From the NCBI RefSeq assembly GCF_009914755.1, contig NC_060927.1: a stretch of 64,000 nucleotides of DNA. One strand, written 5' to 3'. The notes below the pieces were generated by a model. It ran no database searches, was not told where the DNA came from, and saw nothing but the letters and a program-made list of their open reading frames with translations. This DNA comes from the human T2T-CHM13v2.0 reference genome, Homo sapiens. The position numbers and the translations under genes were made by a program. Shown piece after piece: positions 30,792 to 49,982 of the stretch; position 1 is the first letter of the stretch; each line of letters begins with the position of its first letter.

Positions 30792-31265
30792 GGCTGCAGT
30801 TCGGCGCGGCGAACCCAGTGCGCCTGCGCCGCCGCCGCGCCCGCGGCCAACCAGTCTCTCAGCTAGCGACGCCCGCCCCTCCGCTAGCCATCGCCTCGCC
30901 CCTCTTGTCAACCTAGAGGGCTCCCGGAGCTGCAGCTGGAGGCGGAACCGGGGGTGGGAGGACACGCAAGCCCGCGGAGGACCTGGTCAGCTGCTTAAGC
31001 CAGGAGACCCAGGAAGCAGGGGCAGCTGGTGAAGAGAGAGACAAAGAGAAAGGCAAGGGGAAAGTGAACACTTGAAGTAGGCACGGCGATCCTAAAGCCA
31101 ACGAAACTCAAAAGAAATTGGAGGCGTAGTCTGACCTGCTCCTTCTGGGCCTCTGCCTTGCCAGTTATTATTGGGTCTGTTTTCTCCCGGAAAGATCAGA
31201 GCTCTATAAATTGTTAACTTTCAGCAGGTTGAGTAACACATTCAGCAAAAGGTAATACTTGCAAG

Positions 31266-33891
<2,626 letters not shown>

Positions 33892-34779
33892 TCACCAATG
33901 AAGCAGGCTCAGTAATATTTGACAAAGTCACACAGCCATTAAATAAGGGAAAGATATTCAAACCCAGATTTGTAGGACACCCAGAACCCAAGCTCTTGGG
34001 CCATGCTGCTTCTCTTCATGGGGGAGAGGAAGAAGAGAGATTCTTCTAGAGAAGATGCAAATAATTTGCGGAAATTGAGAATTGATTCCTTATGTGAACA
34101 CACACAAAGAAAAACAGGTTTCCTTGGCATATGAAGGCAAAGTCACACCTGTGTGCTGAGGTCTGGGAAAGCCCAAGGCTAACTCCATGGAGATTATGGA
34201 AATAGATATTCCCCCTTCTTCTGACTCTGGAAGGGAAGGAATTCCCCCTCACAGCCCTCACTGGGGGAGAGCCTGCGGTGACCTGCTCTGGAGTGAATGG
34301 GAAAGCCTCAGGAGCAGGAGTGACTAGCCAGGCAGAAGGTACTTCAGTCCCTTGCATGTCAACAGCATGTTTTAGATTTCAATTTGTCATTAATTTAACA
34401 TTTTTTGAGCTCCCATGTTAGCCTGGGAACACCAAGAAATATCTATTCTCTGGTCCCCATCGTCCAGGTTCTGTTCTCCCTCTTCCCAGGATTTTCCTCC
34501 TGGTGCCTGGCCAGCCTCCCAGGGACTGTGACAGTCACTTTTGTCTCCTTCCTCTGAAACTATCCCCTTCTTCTCAGCAGCAATCAAACCCAAACCCCAC
34601 CCCATTTCTCCTTTCAGTGTCAGTGTGGATGACATTTGCCCTTGGTCACAGCACAGGATCTTTCTTCCCACCCTCCTATCAGTACCACCATATTCTTTTG
34701 GAGCAAATTCCTCATTGTGTGAGGACTTGTGTGGGGAGCAATTTTTAATATGTACCTCTATTGTAGCCTCTCATCATAG

Positions 34780-35400
<621 letters not shown>

Positions 35401-36015
35401 CGGCTGCAGTAAAGCACTCATCTACTCAACTAAACATGCAGTAAATATTTATGAAACATCTACTCTGTCCCTGGCAGTCTCAGTGTCAGCCAAGGTGATT
35501 TTCCAGACTGATTCATGGTTCTATGCCCTTGGAGAAGACTGGAATATATACCCAGAATCAGAAAAACCATATCCTCAACCCCTATTGCTTGAGAAACTCC
35601 CCAGAGTGCTACAGCAAGCCAGCTACCAGAATCTTCAACAGCTAAAAACATGGAAGCCTCTACAAGGTAGAAATTTTTCTCCCTAGACGGGTAACTTAAA
35701 TACACTTTGATAAAGACCTTCTGAGGCAAATAGTCACTTACAGCTAAGAAATTTAAACCAGACAGGTTAGGAGGAAGCACAGGTTGGCCAAAGTACTTCC
35801 AGACAAGTGAGTCTTGTGGCACCTCTCAACTAAAATTGTGCATATGAGTAATAACAGCTTACCTGTAAGGCTATTTTGGAAACTCAGAAGAGCCTGGCTA
35901 CTTGTTTCTCACCTCCCACCAGCAACCTCCCATTCAACTCTGGGCCCCAGACACATGAAGCACAACTCTCGGGGGACCATTTCCACATTGTGGAGATCCC
36001 AGGGGAGCCCATAAC

Positions 36016-36471
36016 TATTTCACGTATCTGTGTGAAGAGAGTCCACCAAACAGACTTTGTGTGAGCAACAAGGCTGTTTATTTCACCTGGGTGCAGGCGG
36101 GCTGAGTCCGAAAGAGTCAGCAAAAGGTGGTGGGATTATCATTGGTTCTTATAGGTTTTGGGATAGGTGGTGGAGTTAAGAGCAATGTTTTGGCGGCAGG
36201 GGGTGGGTCTCACAAAGTGCATTCTCAAGGGTGGAGAGAATTACAAAGAAACTTCTTAAGGTTGGGGAGATTATAAAGAAACTTAAGGGTGGGGGAGATT
36301 ACAAAGTAAATTGATCAGTTAGGGTGGGGCAGAAAAAAATCACAATGGTGGAATGTCATCAGTTAAGGCTATTTTCACTTCTGTGGATCTTCAGTTGCTT
36401 CAGGCCATCTGGATATATACGTGCAGGTCACTGGGGATATGATGGCTTAGCTTGGGCTCAGAGGTCTGACA
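36016..36471 (-). mobile_element. Solo HERV-H LTR (LTR7 family)
   Basis: Minus strand starts TGTCAGACCTCTGAGCCCAAGCTAAGCCATCATATCCCC and ends ...CTCTTCACACAGATACGTGAAA. TSD ATAAC on both sides. Confidence 0.92.
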
Positions 36472-36569
36472 ATAACTGCCTCTTGCGTACAACTGCCCAC
36501 CAGGAGGCACATACCCAGTGTGAGAGAGGGATATGGTCTTGCCTTAATCTCTGTTAAAACTGCACATGT

Positions 36570-37990
<1,421 letters not shown>

Positions 37991-38434
37991 TAGCAGTCTT
38001 GGACTTCTTAACACAATCACTAACCACCAGAAGGAAGTGTTCATTTAAAATTCTGGCCCAAATGAAAGAGATACAAATATGGCACAACTGCCACAAAGAC
38101 TTGTTTCCCTAGCCAAATAGTACCAAGGCGTAGACAAAAAAAATCAAAATAGAAAAAGCCTCTAGCTCTCGTGAGGTGTGTAAGCTGCAGCTTCTGGAAG
38201 CAGATGTTGCTCCTTCCTTACTCTCTGGGCCCTGCAGTGGGAAGGCAATTAGATAGGGAGAAGGTAAAACAGTCAGCCCGAAGCATAACAATTCATTCTT
38301 GTCAAAGAGTTCAACCCAATAATGTGGGGGAGATTTCATTACTCATAAATGTATTACTTTCCATAATAACTTTAAAACTAATATTTCAGTAATTCTTAAA
38401 ATGGCTCAACAATCCAAAGAAACAAATGGGCACT

Positions 38435-38778
38435 TGACATGGTTTGGCTCTGTATCCCCACCCAAATATCATCTTGAATTGTACTTCCACTCCACAATTC
38501 CCACGTGTTGTGGGAGGTAATTTGAATCATGGGGGCAGTTTTCCCCATACTGTTCTCGTGGTAGTGAATAAGTCCTACGAGATCTGACGGTTTTATCAGG
38601 GGTTTCCACTTTTGCATCTTCCTCATTTTCTCTTGCTGCCACCATGTAAGAAGTGCCTTTCGCCTCCTACCATGATTCTGAGGCCTCCCCAGCCGTGTGG
38701 AACTTTGTAAGTCCAATTAAACCTCTTTTTCTTCCCAGTCTTGGGCATGTCTTTATCAGCAGTGTGAAAGCAGACACA
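38435..38778 (+). mobile_element. Solo THE1 (MaLR) LTR
   Basis: Starts TGACATGGTTTGGCTCTGTATCCCCACCCAAAT. 5-bp TSD GCACT on both sides. Confidence 0.88.
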
Positions 38779-38854
38779 GCACTCAAACAATTCAAATGAA
38801 ACAAAAATCTCTGGTTTCATTTTATTTTTAAAAATTTTTATTTATTTCTTTTTT

Positions 38855-39260
38855 AAAGGCTAATCAAGTTAAGCAGTGGGAGAGAGAAGGAACAAAGAAA
38901 TCTGTAACTGGGGCTGGGCGAGGTACCTCACGCCTGTAATCCCAGTACTTTGGGAGGCTGAGGTGGGAGGACTGCTTGAGCTCAGGAATTCAAGACCAGT
39001 CTGGGCAACATAGTGAGATCCAGTCTATACAAACAGTACAACAATCAGCTGGTTGTGGTGGTGTGTGCCTGTGGTCTCAGCTACTTGGGAGGGTGAAGTG
39101 GAATGATTGGTTTAGCCTGGGAGGTCAAGACTGCAGTGAGCTATGCACTGTACTCCATCCTGGGTGACAGAGTCAGACTCTGCCTCACAATAAACAAAAT
39201 AAGGAATCTATAATTGGTTGTGATCAGTTAGTTGTAAATGCCACTGCATGCAGATCAGCC
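38855..39260 (-). pseudogene. Y3 RNA (RNY3) retropseudogene split by an Alu
   Basis: Halves 38855-38911 and 39201-39260 match hY3 on the minus strand. Outer TSD ctggtttcattttat at 38811-38825 and 39260-39274. Confidence 0.9.
38912..39200 (+). mobile_element. Alu (AluJ-like) inserted into the Y3 retrocopy
   Basis: Diverged Alu dimer with TSD aagaaatctgtaactgg / aaggaatctataattgg. Confidence 0.9.
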
Positions 39261-39464
39261 TGGTTTCATTTTATATTCTTCTTCTATCTCCAGAATATTT
39301 AAAAGTTAAACATTTCAATTTTTAGAAACTCTTATTAAATTTACCACCTAGCTGAAGATTCCTGAAGGACTTAAACAGAAAATCCATGCCCCTCTCAAAT
39401 GAACAGGGCAATAACTCTACTGAATATAAACTTTCTCTCTCCATTCGTAAAAGAGACAGAAGCA

Positions 39465-41126
39465 TTATTGTTTGTTCTCTAGTTTTATTATTTGTCAATT
39501 TTCCCAACACAGGAACTATAACTCATTTTGAGGATTTTTTTCAGTGCATTTCACAGCAAAAATGAACAAGGGAATCATTAAAATTGTTGTACACAAACCA
39601 ACTCTTTTTCTTATAATTTACAATTTGTTGAAAAAATTATTGTTTTGCTGTTTTCATCCTACTAACCTCTTTAACAGAACACAATTTATCAGAGCACAAA
39701 GCTTAAACTTCTTATGATGATGCAACAGACACAGCCACCTACAATGGCTGATAAACAACAGGTATGTTACACACACTGATTGGAAGACCATATCAGAAAA
39801 AACAGAGTAAGGCACCACTCTTGGGAAATTAAGGTAGCTTGCAGTAACAAGTGTTGAGCACCATAATAAGTAGGTGCTCAATAAATACATGAATGAATGA
39901 TGAAAGCCATAATTAGCTCTATTCTTTTAATTGCCAGCAATTCTTCAACCTCAACAAAATACTTATTTAAAAAAAGATTTGTACCTGAATACAACTTCCT
40001 GATCTTTTTTTCCTGATACCTTTTCATTTCGTTGTTTCTTTAGCATTTAAATTTCCTCAAAAAAAAAAATAAATAAATAAAACCATACCTTACATGCGCG
40101 TTCAGTTACACATATAAGTTTTGAATTACTGACAAATATGAATAGAATCATTTATTTTAATTTTTAACAGAGGTAAAATAAAGCATACTTATCCAAAGGG
40201 ATAACACATAATACTGGATATTAACCTAAAGGTGAAAAGAAAGAAGGAAAAAAGTAACAGTTTTATTTTTTAATATTTGCTATTTTCTTTAATGCCTTAG
40301 TTCTGGAGAAAGGCTAAAATCTCATCATATTGACATTAACACATTTTTAAAAAGTGTCTCTCAAGTGTAATATTTAATAAAACTAGGTACTGAAAAATGT
40401 TCTGAAATTTTTCAAGTCAATGTTGTTTTCAAGTATATTAAAATGCTCAGAAGAAAAAATTCTCCATGGTTATAATTCTGATCAATCTATAAATGTACTT
40501 TTTAAAAGAGAGTTCCAACAGAGGTGGATAATAGGTAAGTTCCTCAGACACAGGCATACAGTCTTTTTGAAGAAATAGAATGCCTTGTTACCACAACCTG
40601 GTTGATTTTTTTTTTTTAAACACTGATTTCAGGCACAATGGCTGAATCCACTTCTGGGTCATCTTTCTCCTCCTCTTGGTTGGTTTACAAGAGTAGTGAA
40701 TACTTCAGTTATGGACAGAAAGAAAGACACAAACTCTGAAACGGAGACTTCACTTTTCACTACAAAGAAATCAAAGTCACTGAGTTCTCATTGTTGTGTG
40801 TATCTGCTGCCCCTGTGCAAAAATAGGGGATTCAAACTTAACTTTAGGAGCAAGAACTGGATAAAAGATTCATCTACTGATTCAGGTAACAAGTTTTAAG
40901 ATGGTATTGCTCACATCACATGAACAGGTTGGTAAAAGGTCCACTGTGTTTCTTTACCACTTTGGTCTTGCTGCAGTATTATGGTGCCCTAGTAGGTACA
41001 TTCAGGTTTAGCTAGTTTCAGTCTGCGCAATCAGGAAGCAGGTCACTCAGTGCAATGACTCCATTCTGGGAGGATTTAGGGTAAACAGAGAAGAACCTCA
41101 TTTGGTCGAGTTTTAGATAGTATGTG
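39465..41126 (-). other. OSBPL11: OSBPL11 3'UTR (~1.66 kb, AU-rich, Alu-free)
   Basis: Unique AT-rich sequence between the stop codon and the AATAAA at 39484-39489. The 3' end is approximate. Confidence 0.75.
39484..39489 (-). terminator. Probable OSBPL11 polyadenylation signal AATAAA
   Basis: tttatt on the plus strand at the distal end of the UTR. More proximal AATAAA copies lie at ~40151 and ~40262. Confidence 0.65.
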
Positions 41127-41192
41127 TCACTCTGCTGGTTGTGTTGTTGGAATTATTTTCCAAAGTGGTTTATGATAAACCCAGCCATCTCC
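41127..41192 (-). CDS. OSBPL11: OSBPL11 terminal coding exon (GDGWVYHKPLWKIIPTTQPAE*)
   Basis: tttcag|GGA acceptor, 21 codons, then TGA at 41127-41129. Confidence 0.95.
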   Translation of the reverse strand, partial: GDGWVYHKPLWKIIPTTQPAE

Positions 41193-41484
41193 CTGAAACA
41201 AATAAAAAGATAAAGAATCATCCCTCTAATATTATCAAAATCAGTAACCAAAACTAGAAGCAACACCTTCACTGAAATGGAATTCTATTTTCACATTCAA
41301 AAACAAGTTTTTGTGAAGGAATAAAGTCTTTGTGATTAAGACATCAAACGATGCCTGTGGTTTAGCTAGGATTTAGGTGAGAAGACATGGTATGGGAGGA
41401 TCTAGTTTGTGACCCATGAACATTTAATTTTGCAAGAACCATTTGTAGCAATTTTGCCAATTTCGCCAAGATGCTACAGATTGA

Positions 41485-42262
<778 letters not shown>

Positions 42263-42474
42263 TAGAATCTGTTCTTGGTATATCTGCCTTTTTTTTGAGA
42301 CAGAGTCTTGCTATAGGTTACCCAGGCTGGTCTCAAAAACAGTTGGTATTTATATACAGCCATACTACTTTTAAAAATAAAGATGTATAAGTGATAGCAA
42401 TTCAACAAAGCCTAGTAAGCTAAAGTTCTCAGCCAAGTAGATACATTTTTATCTTGAACACATGTACAGCATAC

Positions 42475-42628
42475 CTCTTTAATAAAATATTTGGTTTTCC
42501 AAGGTGTGCCTGTTTCAGTACGATGCCTTTCTTCAGTCCTCTGACGTTCTTCCAGGGTATGCTTATGCTCTGTGGCCTTATCAATTTCAGATTCTCTCAG
42601 CGAGTCTGTCACATTTTTCCACAATCGC
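42475..42628 (-). CDS. OSBPL11: OSBPL11 penultimate exon (RLWKNVTDSLRESEIDKATEHKHTLEERQRTEERHRTETGTPWKTKYFIKE)
   Basis: ttcag|G ... GAG|gtatgc. Length 154 nt. Carries the ORD K-x3-E-x2-QR motif. Confidence 0.96.
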
Positions 42629-43746
42629 CTGAAATCCAAAAACCACACATTTTACAAGCATTCTTTAAAAGAGATAATTAAATAGAATCAATACCCTCAA
42701 AATTACAATAATTTTATAAAATAACGTTTCCTAAATCACATCTACAATGTCATGCTTATGAATTCCAAGAATAACGATACTGTGCTGCTGATGGTTATGT
42801 CCAGGATGCTGCTCCTTCTGCTTCTTTTTAAATTAAAAATAATTTGTATTTTTCCAGGTTATAAAAGCAGGATTTTTTGTTTTTAGAAAACTTAGAAATT
42901 AACGAGTAAAAAGAGAAGTAAATTTTCAAAGTTGAAATGTAAGCAAGACTAATTGTGCTTCTGGACATGATGAAATAATGGGGAACACATTTATTTTCCT
43001 GCCTTCATCAACCAGGAAACCAGGCAACATATAATACAATAGTGGTTTTCAGATACTGAGCAAAAGGCAGTGCAGGGCAGTGATCCTTGAGAAAGGAAAC
43101 AAATGAGGGGAGTCCTATGAGTGCTCTAACTCGCTGTCCAGAGTGTTTCTAGGCCACGCACAGGGAGAGGGAAGCTTAACAAATCTCAAGCAAAAAAAAA
43201 AAAAAACAAAAAAAAACTGCCACAACACTTCTTTAGGGAAAGAACTGTTTGTTGAACAAATGGTGCTGGGACAACTGGATATACATGTGAAAAAAATGTA
43301 GTAAGTTAAACATAAAACTACCATAAACCCAGCAATTCCACTCCTGGGTATTTACCCAAGAAAAATGAAAATAAATGTCCATACAAAGACTTGTAGGAGA
43401 ATGTTCACAGCAGTATTATTCATCATTGCCCCCAACTGGTAAATGGATAGGCAAAATGTGATATATCCATACAGTGCAATACTATTCAGCAATAAAAAGC
43501 AATGAACCACTGATACATGCAATTAATACTTCATGGATGAACCTCAAAAACGTTATACTAAGGAAATAAGCCAGGCATAAGAGATCACACATTGTATGAT
43601 TTATATGAAATATCCAGAAAAGGCAAATTTATAGAGACAGAAAGTTAGTGGTTCTCTGGGCTGGGGGTAATGGGGATTAACTGTAAATGAACAAGAGAGA
43701 TCTTACGGTAGGATGAAAATATTCTAAAACTTATTTATGGTAATGA

Positions 43747-44100
<354 letters not shown>

Positions 44101-44858
44101 TGACCCGCCCACCTCGGCCTCCCAAAGTGCTGGATAGTATGCCAAAGGTCTTATAATTTAAAGAATTAAGGCTACATATGTATCTTAATGGCTCCAAAAG
44201 GTTTCCTAACACATTTCTGAAAATCAAGTATCAAATATCCTTTTAAAAAAATATGATACATGAGATGGCTCAAAAATAAAAATGAATTTATAAGGAATTC
44301 TCCATAAATAACCAAAGACATTAAAACAAAAACAGAAACATCAAGACATAACAATCCTAAATATAAATGCCTGCCCTAATAACAGAACTTCTAATAAAAT
44401 GAAGTAACAACTTGCAGAACTACAAAGTGAAATATTCAATTGTAATTGGTAATTTTAATAACCAATCTCAATAACTAAACTCAACTGATAGAATAAATAC
44501 ACAGAAAATCTGTAAGACTACAGAAGACTAGAAAAATACTGTCAACTCATTTGACCTGACGTTTATAGAACACACTCACCTCAGCCTCCTGAGTAGCTGG
44601 CATTACAGGCACATGCCATCACATCCAACTAATTTTTATATTTTTTGTGGAGACAGAGTTTTGCCATGTTACCCAGGCTGGTCTCAAACTCTTGGGCTTA
44701 ATACACATTCGTGTCAAGGGCACATGAAACATTTACCAAGGCCAGGTGTGGTGGCTCATGAATAATTCTAGCACTTTGGGAGGCCGACGTGAGTGGATCA
44801 CTTGAGGTCAGGAGTTTGAGACCAGCCTGGCCAACATGGTGAAACCCCATCTCTACTA

Positions 44859-45014
<156 letters not shown>

Positions 45015-45365
45015 CTACTTTGTCTTAAAAAAAAAAAAAGAAACATTTACCAAGACAGAACATATTCAGAATCATTAAACAAACCTAAATAAAGAATTAA
45101 AATCATACAAAGTATATTCTTTGACCAAAATGAAACTAAATTAGAAATAAATAATGGAAAGCTAGCTGGAAAATCTCTAAACATTTAGAAATCATCAACA
45201 CATTTGTAAATAAGTTCATGAGTTAAAAAAAAAAAACCCACAAAGGAAATAAGAAAATATTTCGAAATGAAAACACATAAAAAGTCATCAGATAGAAATA
45301 AAGCAGTCCTCAGAGGAAAATTTACAGCATTAAACATTTAGGAAAAAAATATTGATGAGCTAAAC

Positions 45366-45562
45366 CAGGGATCAAACTATGGCCCACAGCCCATTTTTGT
45401 AAATAATTTTTTATTGCAATTTAACAATGTCTCATCATTGACTTATTGTCTATGGATGTTTCATGCTATAAGGGCAGAGTTGAGTAGCTGTGGGAGAGGC
45501 TATTTGGTCCACTAAGGCTAAAATATTAATTGGCCTTTTACAGAAAAAGTTTGCTGACCCCT
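45366..45562. mobile_element. MER58A (hAT-Charlie MITE)
   Basis: Termini CAGGG...caaactatggccc and gaaaaagtttgctgacccct. Confidence 0.75.
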
Positions 45563-46075
45563 AACCTAAGCTTCCATTGTAAGAAATTAGAAAAAAAAAA
45601 AAAAAAAAAAAAAAGCAAATTATTTACAATGTAAGGAGAAAAAAAGAGATTTTATAAAAGAGCAAAATTCAATGAGAAAGAAAACAAACATAGATTAAAT
45701 CAGTGAAGCCAAAATCTGGTTTTTTGTGTAAAATTAATAAACTTTTAGTCACACTGATGAGAAAAAAGATATTACAAATATAAGGAATAAGTATGGGGAT
45801 ATCACTACAGATCCTACACAGATAAAAAAATAAGGTAATATTAGGAACTATATGACAATAAATTTGACACATTAGCTGAAATGAACCAATTCCTTGAAAG
45901 ACAAACTACCAAAGCTCACTGAAGAAACAGAAAACCTTAACAGCCCTATATATTAAACATACGTAATTTGTAATTCAAAACCTTCCCCTAAAGAAAAGAA
46001 CAGAGCAATATCCCTCATGTATATAGAAACTATAAAATTCATTACAAAATTTTAGCAAATAAAATTCAGAAGCAT

Positions 46076-48140
<2,065 letters not shown>

Positions 48141-49088
48141 TCCTTAGGATAAATCCCTGTAAGAATTCTTTAAAAATTCATTATTGCTGTTATTTTTTGA
48201 CCCACTCTGAATGTTTGATTGTGGACATTTAATCCCTTTTCACACCTAGTTAGAAATTGTTTGGTTCTATTTATGTGATCTTAATGTAAGATGTTTAGTG
48301 GTTCCCTGTATATTTTTTTTCTATTTTTAATTGATAGAAGGACATTTTATGTCCCTCATGACATAAAATTTAAACAGTACAAATAGGAATCTTGTAAAAA
48401 TTAAGTCTCTTTCCTATTCCAGATCCCAGTACTCTTTTCCAGAAGCAACCACTGTCAACACATTTTGGAAGCTGTACCTTATTAACACGTATAGATCCAC
48501 TTTATTTTTCAAGGTCTATGACACATACTGCCAAAATAACCTCTACAAAGATTGCACTGGTTTAACATCTAATCAGCAGCATGAAAATGCCCATTTGCTC
48601 ACACCTTTTCCCCAAAGAAGTATTATTTTAAAAACTAATTTGTCTGATTAATTTGTACCTCTGAATTCTAATTACCTTAAACAATTTTTCATTTCCTTGG
48701 TTGAGCATTTAAGATGTTCCGATATTTTTGCACTACCTCTTTACATCCTTTGCCCAGTTTTTGTATTGGGGTGCCTGACTTTTTGTTAATAATATAACAA
48801 AATTTTTTATGATAAAGTTTTTATGATACACACAGTAATTCTTTGACAGTAAATGTTTTTAATATTTTTGCTCCATTTACAATGTTTGGTTTTTACTAAA
48901 ATGTGACTGTATATCAAAGAATCTCACAGCTGGCAAGGGGTTTAACAACAGATCAGACTAATGCTTTCAATTTACAAAGCTGATGCAACCTGTGAAGTGA
49001 CTTGGCCAAGGTCACCAGTTAGTGAAAAGGCTTAGATTAAGATGCAGAGCATCTGACTCTTTCCTGGATAGATGCAAGGATGACATAC

Positions 49089-49271
49089 CTGGATTCAAAT
49101 GGATCCTGCTTCTCCAGAGGTCTCACTCTTTTCTTCGTCACTGCCAATTTAGTCAAGTCCACATACTTTGTCTCTCCATTGCTATATGTGAACTCAAGAA
49201 CACTATTCCATTCCCCTTGCACTCTGCATACCACAGTGTTGGTGATGTTGTGCTTTACTTCAGCTGTAACC
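49089..49271 (-). CDS. OSBPL11: OSBPL11 exon ([61 protein letters not shown])
   Basis: ttctag|G ... AG|gtatgt. Length 183 nt, phase-consistent with both neighbours. Confidence 0.96.
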
Positions 49272-49935
49272 CTAGAAGCAGACAGAAAAGAAAGATATGC
49301 TCTAATAAGTGATATCATGTTTGTTTCTTAGATCTGAAACCCAAGAACACAGCCTGTGAATCCTGTTGAAATTAGTTATATACCTCACTTCAATATGTCA
49401 GTGCCAAAGTTAGATTCTTTGTATGTCCTAAGACAGCTTCCTTCATAATTTGTTCAAATAATATCAATTTTAATCTTTAGGAAAAAGGCCAGGAGTCAAA
49501 TCAGAGACTTCATTATCATTAATGTCAAAATGTTATCTTTAAAATGCTTGCTACAAACAAAACTATAATATTAAAACTAAATAGAAATATGAAAAAATCA
49601 ATATTTATTAGTCTAAAAGTGTTACAACATTACAATCTATTTAACTTTTTTTTACTAGTTAATTTTACTTATCGAAATATTTGGCATCCCTACATTTGAA
49701 GTTCTGCATACATCAATCCCGTACTAAACTACATAAGCCTAATTTTAAATTTAGAAACCACACAAACCAATAATAGGTAGAAAAACATAAAATAATACAT
49801 TAAAATGTTTAAAATTCTCTTGCCAAAAGAGAAAAATTAAAAGAGCACTGGTCTACAAAAACTATCATTATCACCACAGAACTCAGAGAGACCTTAAACA
49901 CTACTGCTATTGAAGTTTAATGAAGAGTCACCACA

Positions 49936-49938
<3 letters not shown>

Positions 49939-49979
<41 letters not shown>
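49939..49979. repeat. (AT)~20 microsatellite
   Basis: Read directly from the sequence. Confidence 0.95.

Positions 49980-49982
<3 letters not shown>

Larger units (their letters stand above)
30300..31030 (-). promoter_or_regulatory. CpG island / TATA-less promoter of SNX4 with NRF1-like site (GCGCAGGCGCA, 30819-30829) and GC box (~30871-30880)
   Basis: The only GC- and CpG-dense non-Alu stretch in the window; it surrounds exon 1. Motifs read directly from the sequence. Confidence 0.85.

Noticed and set aside
30200-31101. Long Pro/Arg/Ala-rich ORFs on both strands around SNX4 exon 1
   Set aside because: Expected from stop-codon scarcity in a GC-rich CpG island. Only the 30651-30791 frame has a Kozak start, a donor site and downstream phase continuity.
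39850-39902. miR-29 seed match within an L2 3' end fragment in the OSBPL11 3'UTR
   Set aside because: A single repeat-derived 7mer; no other support.
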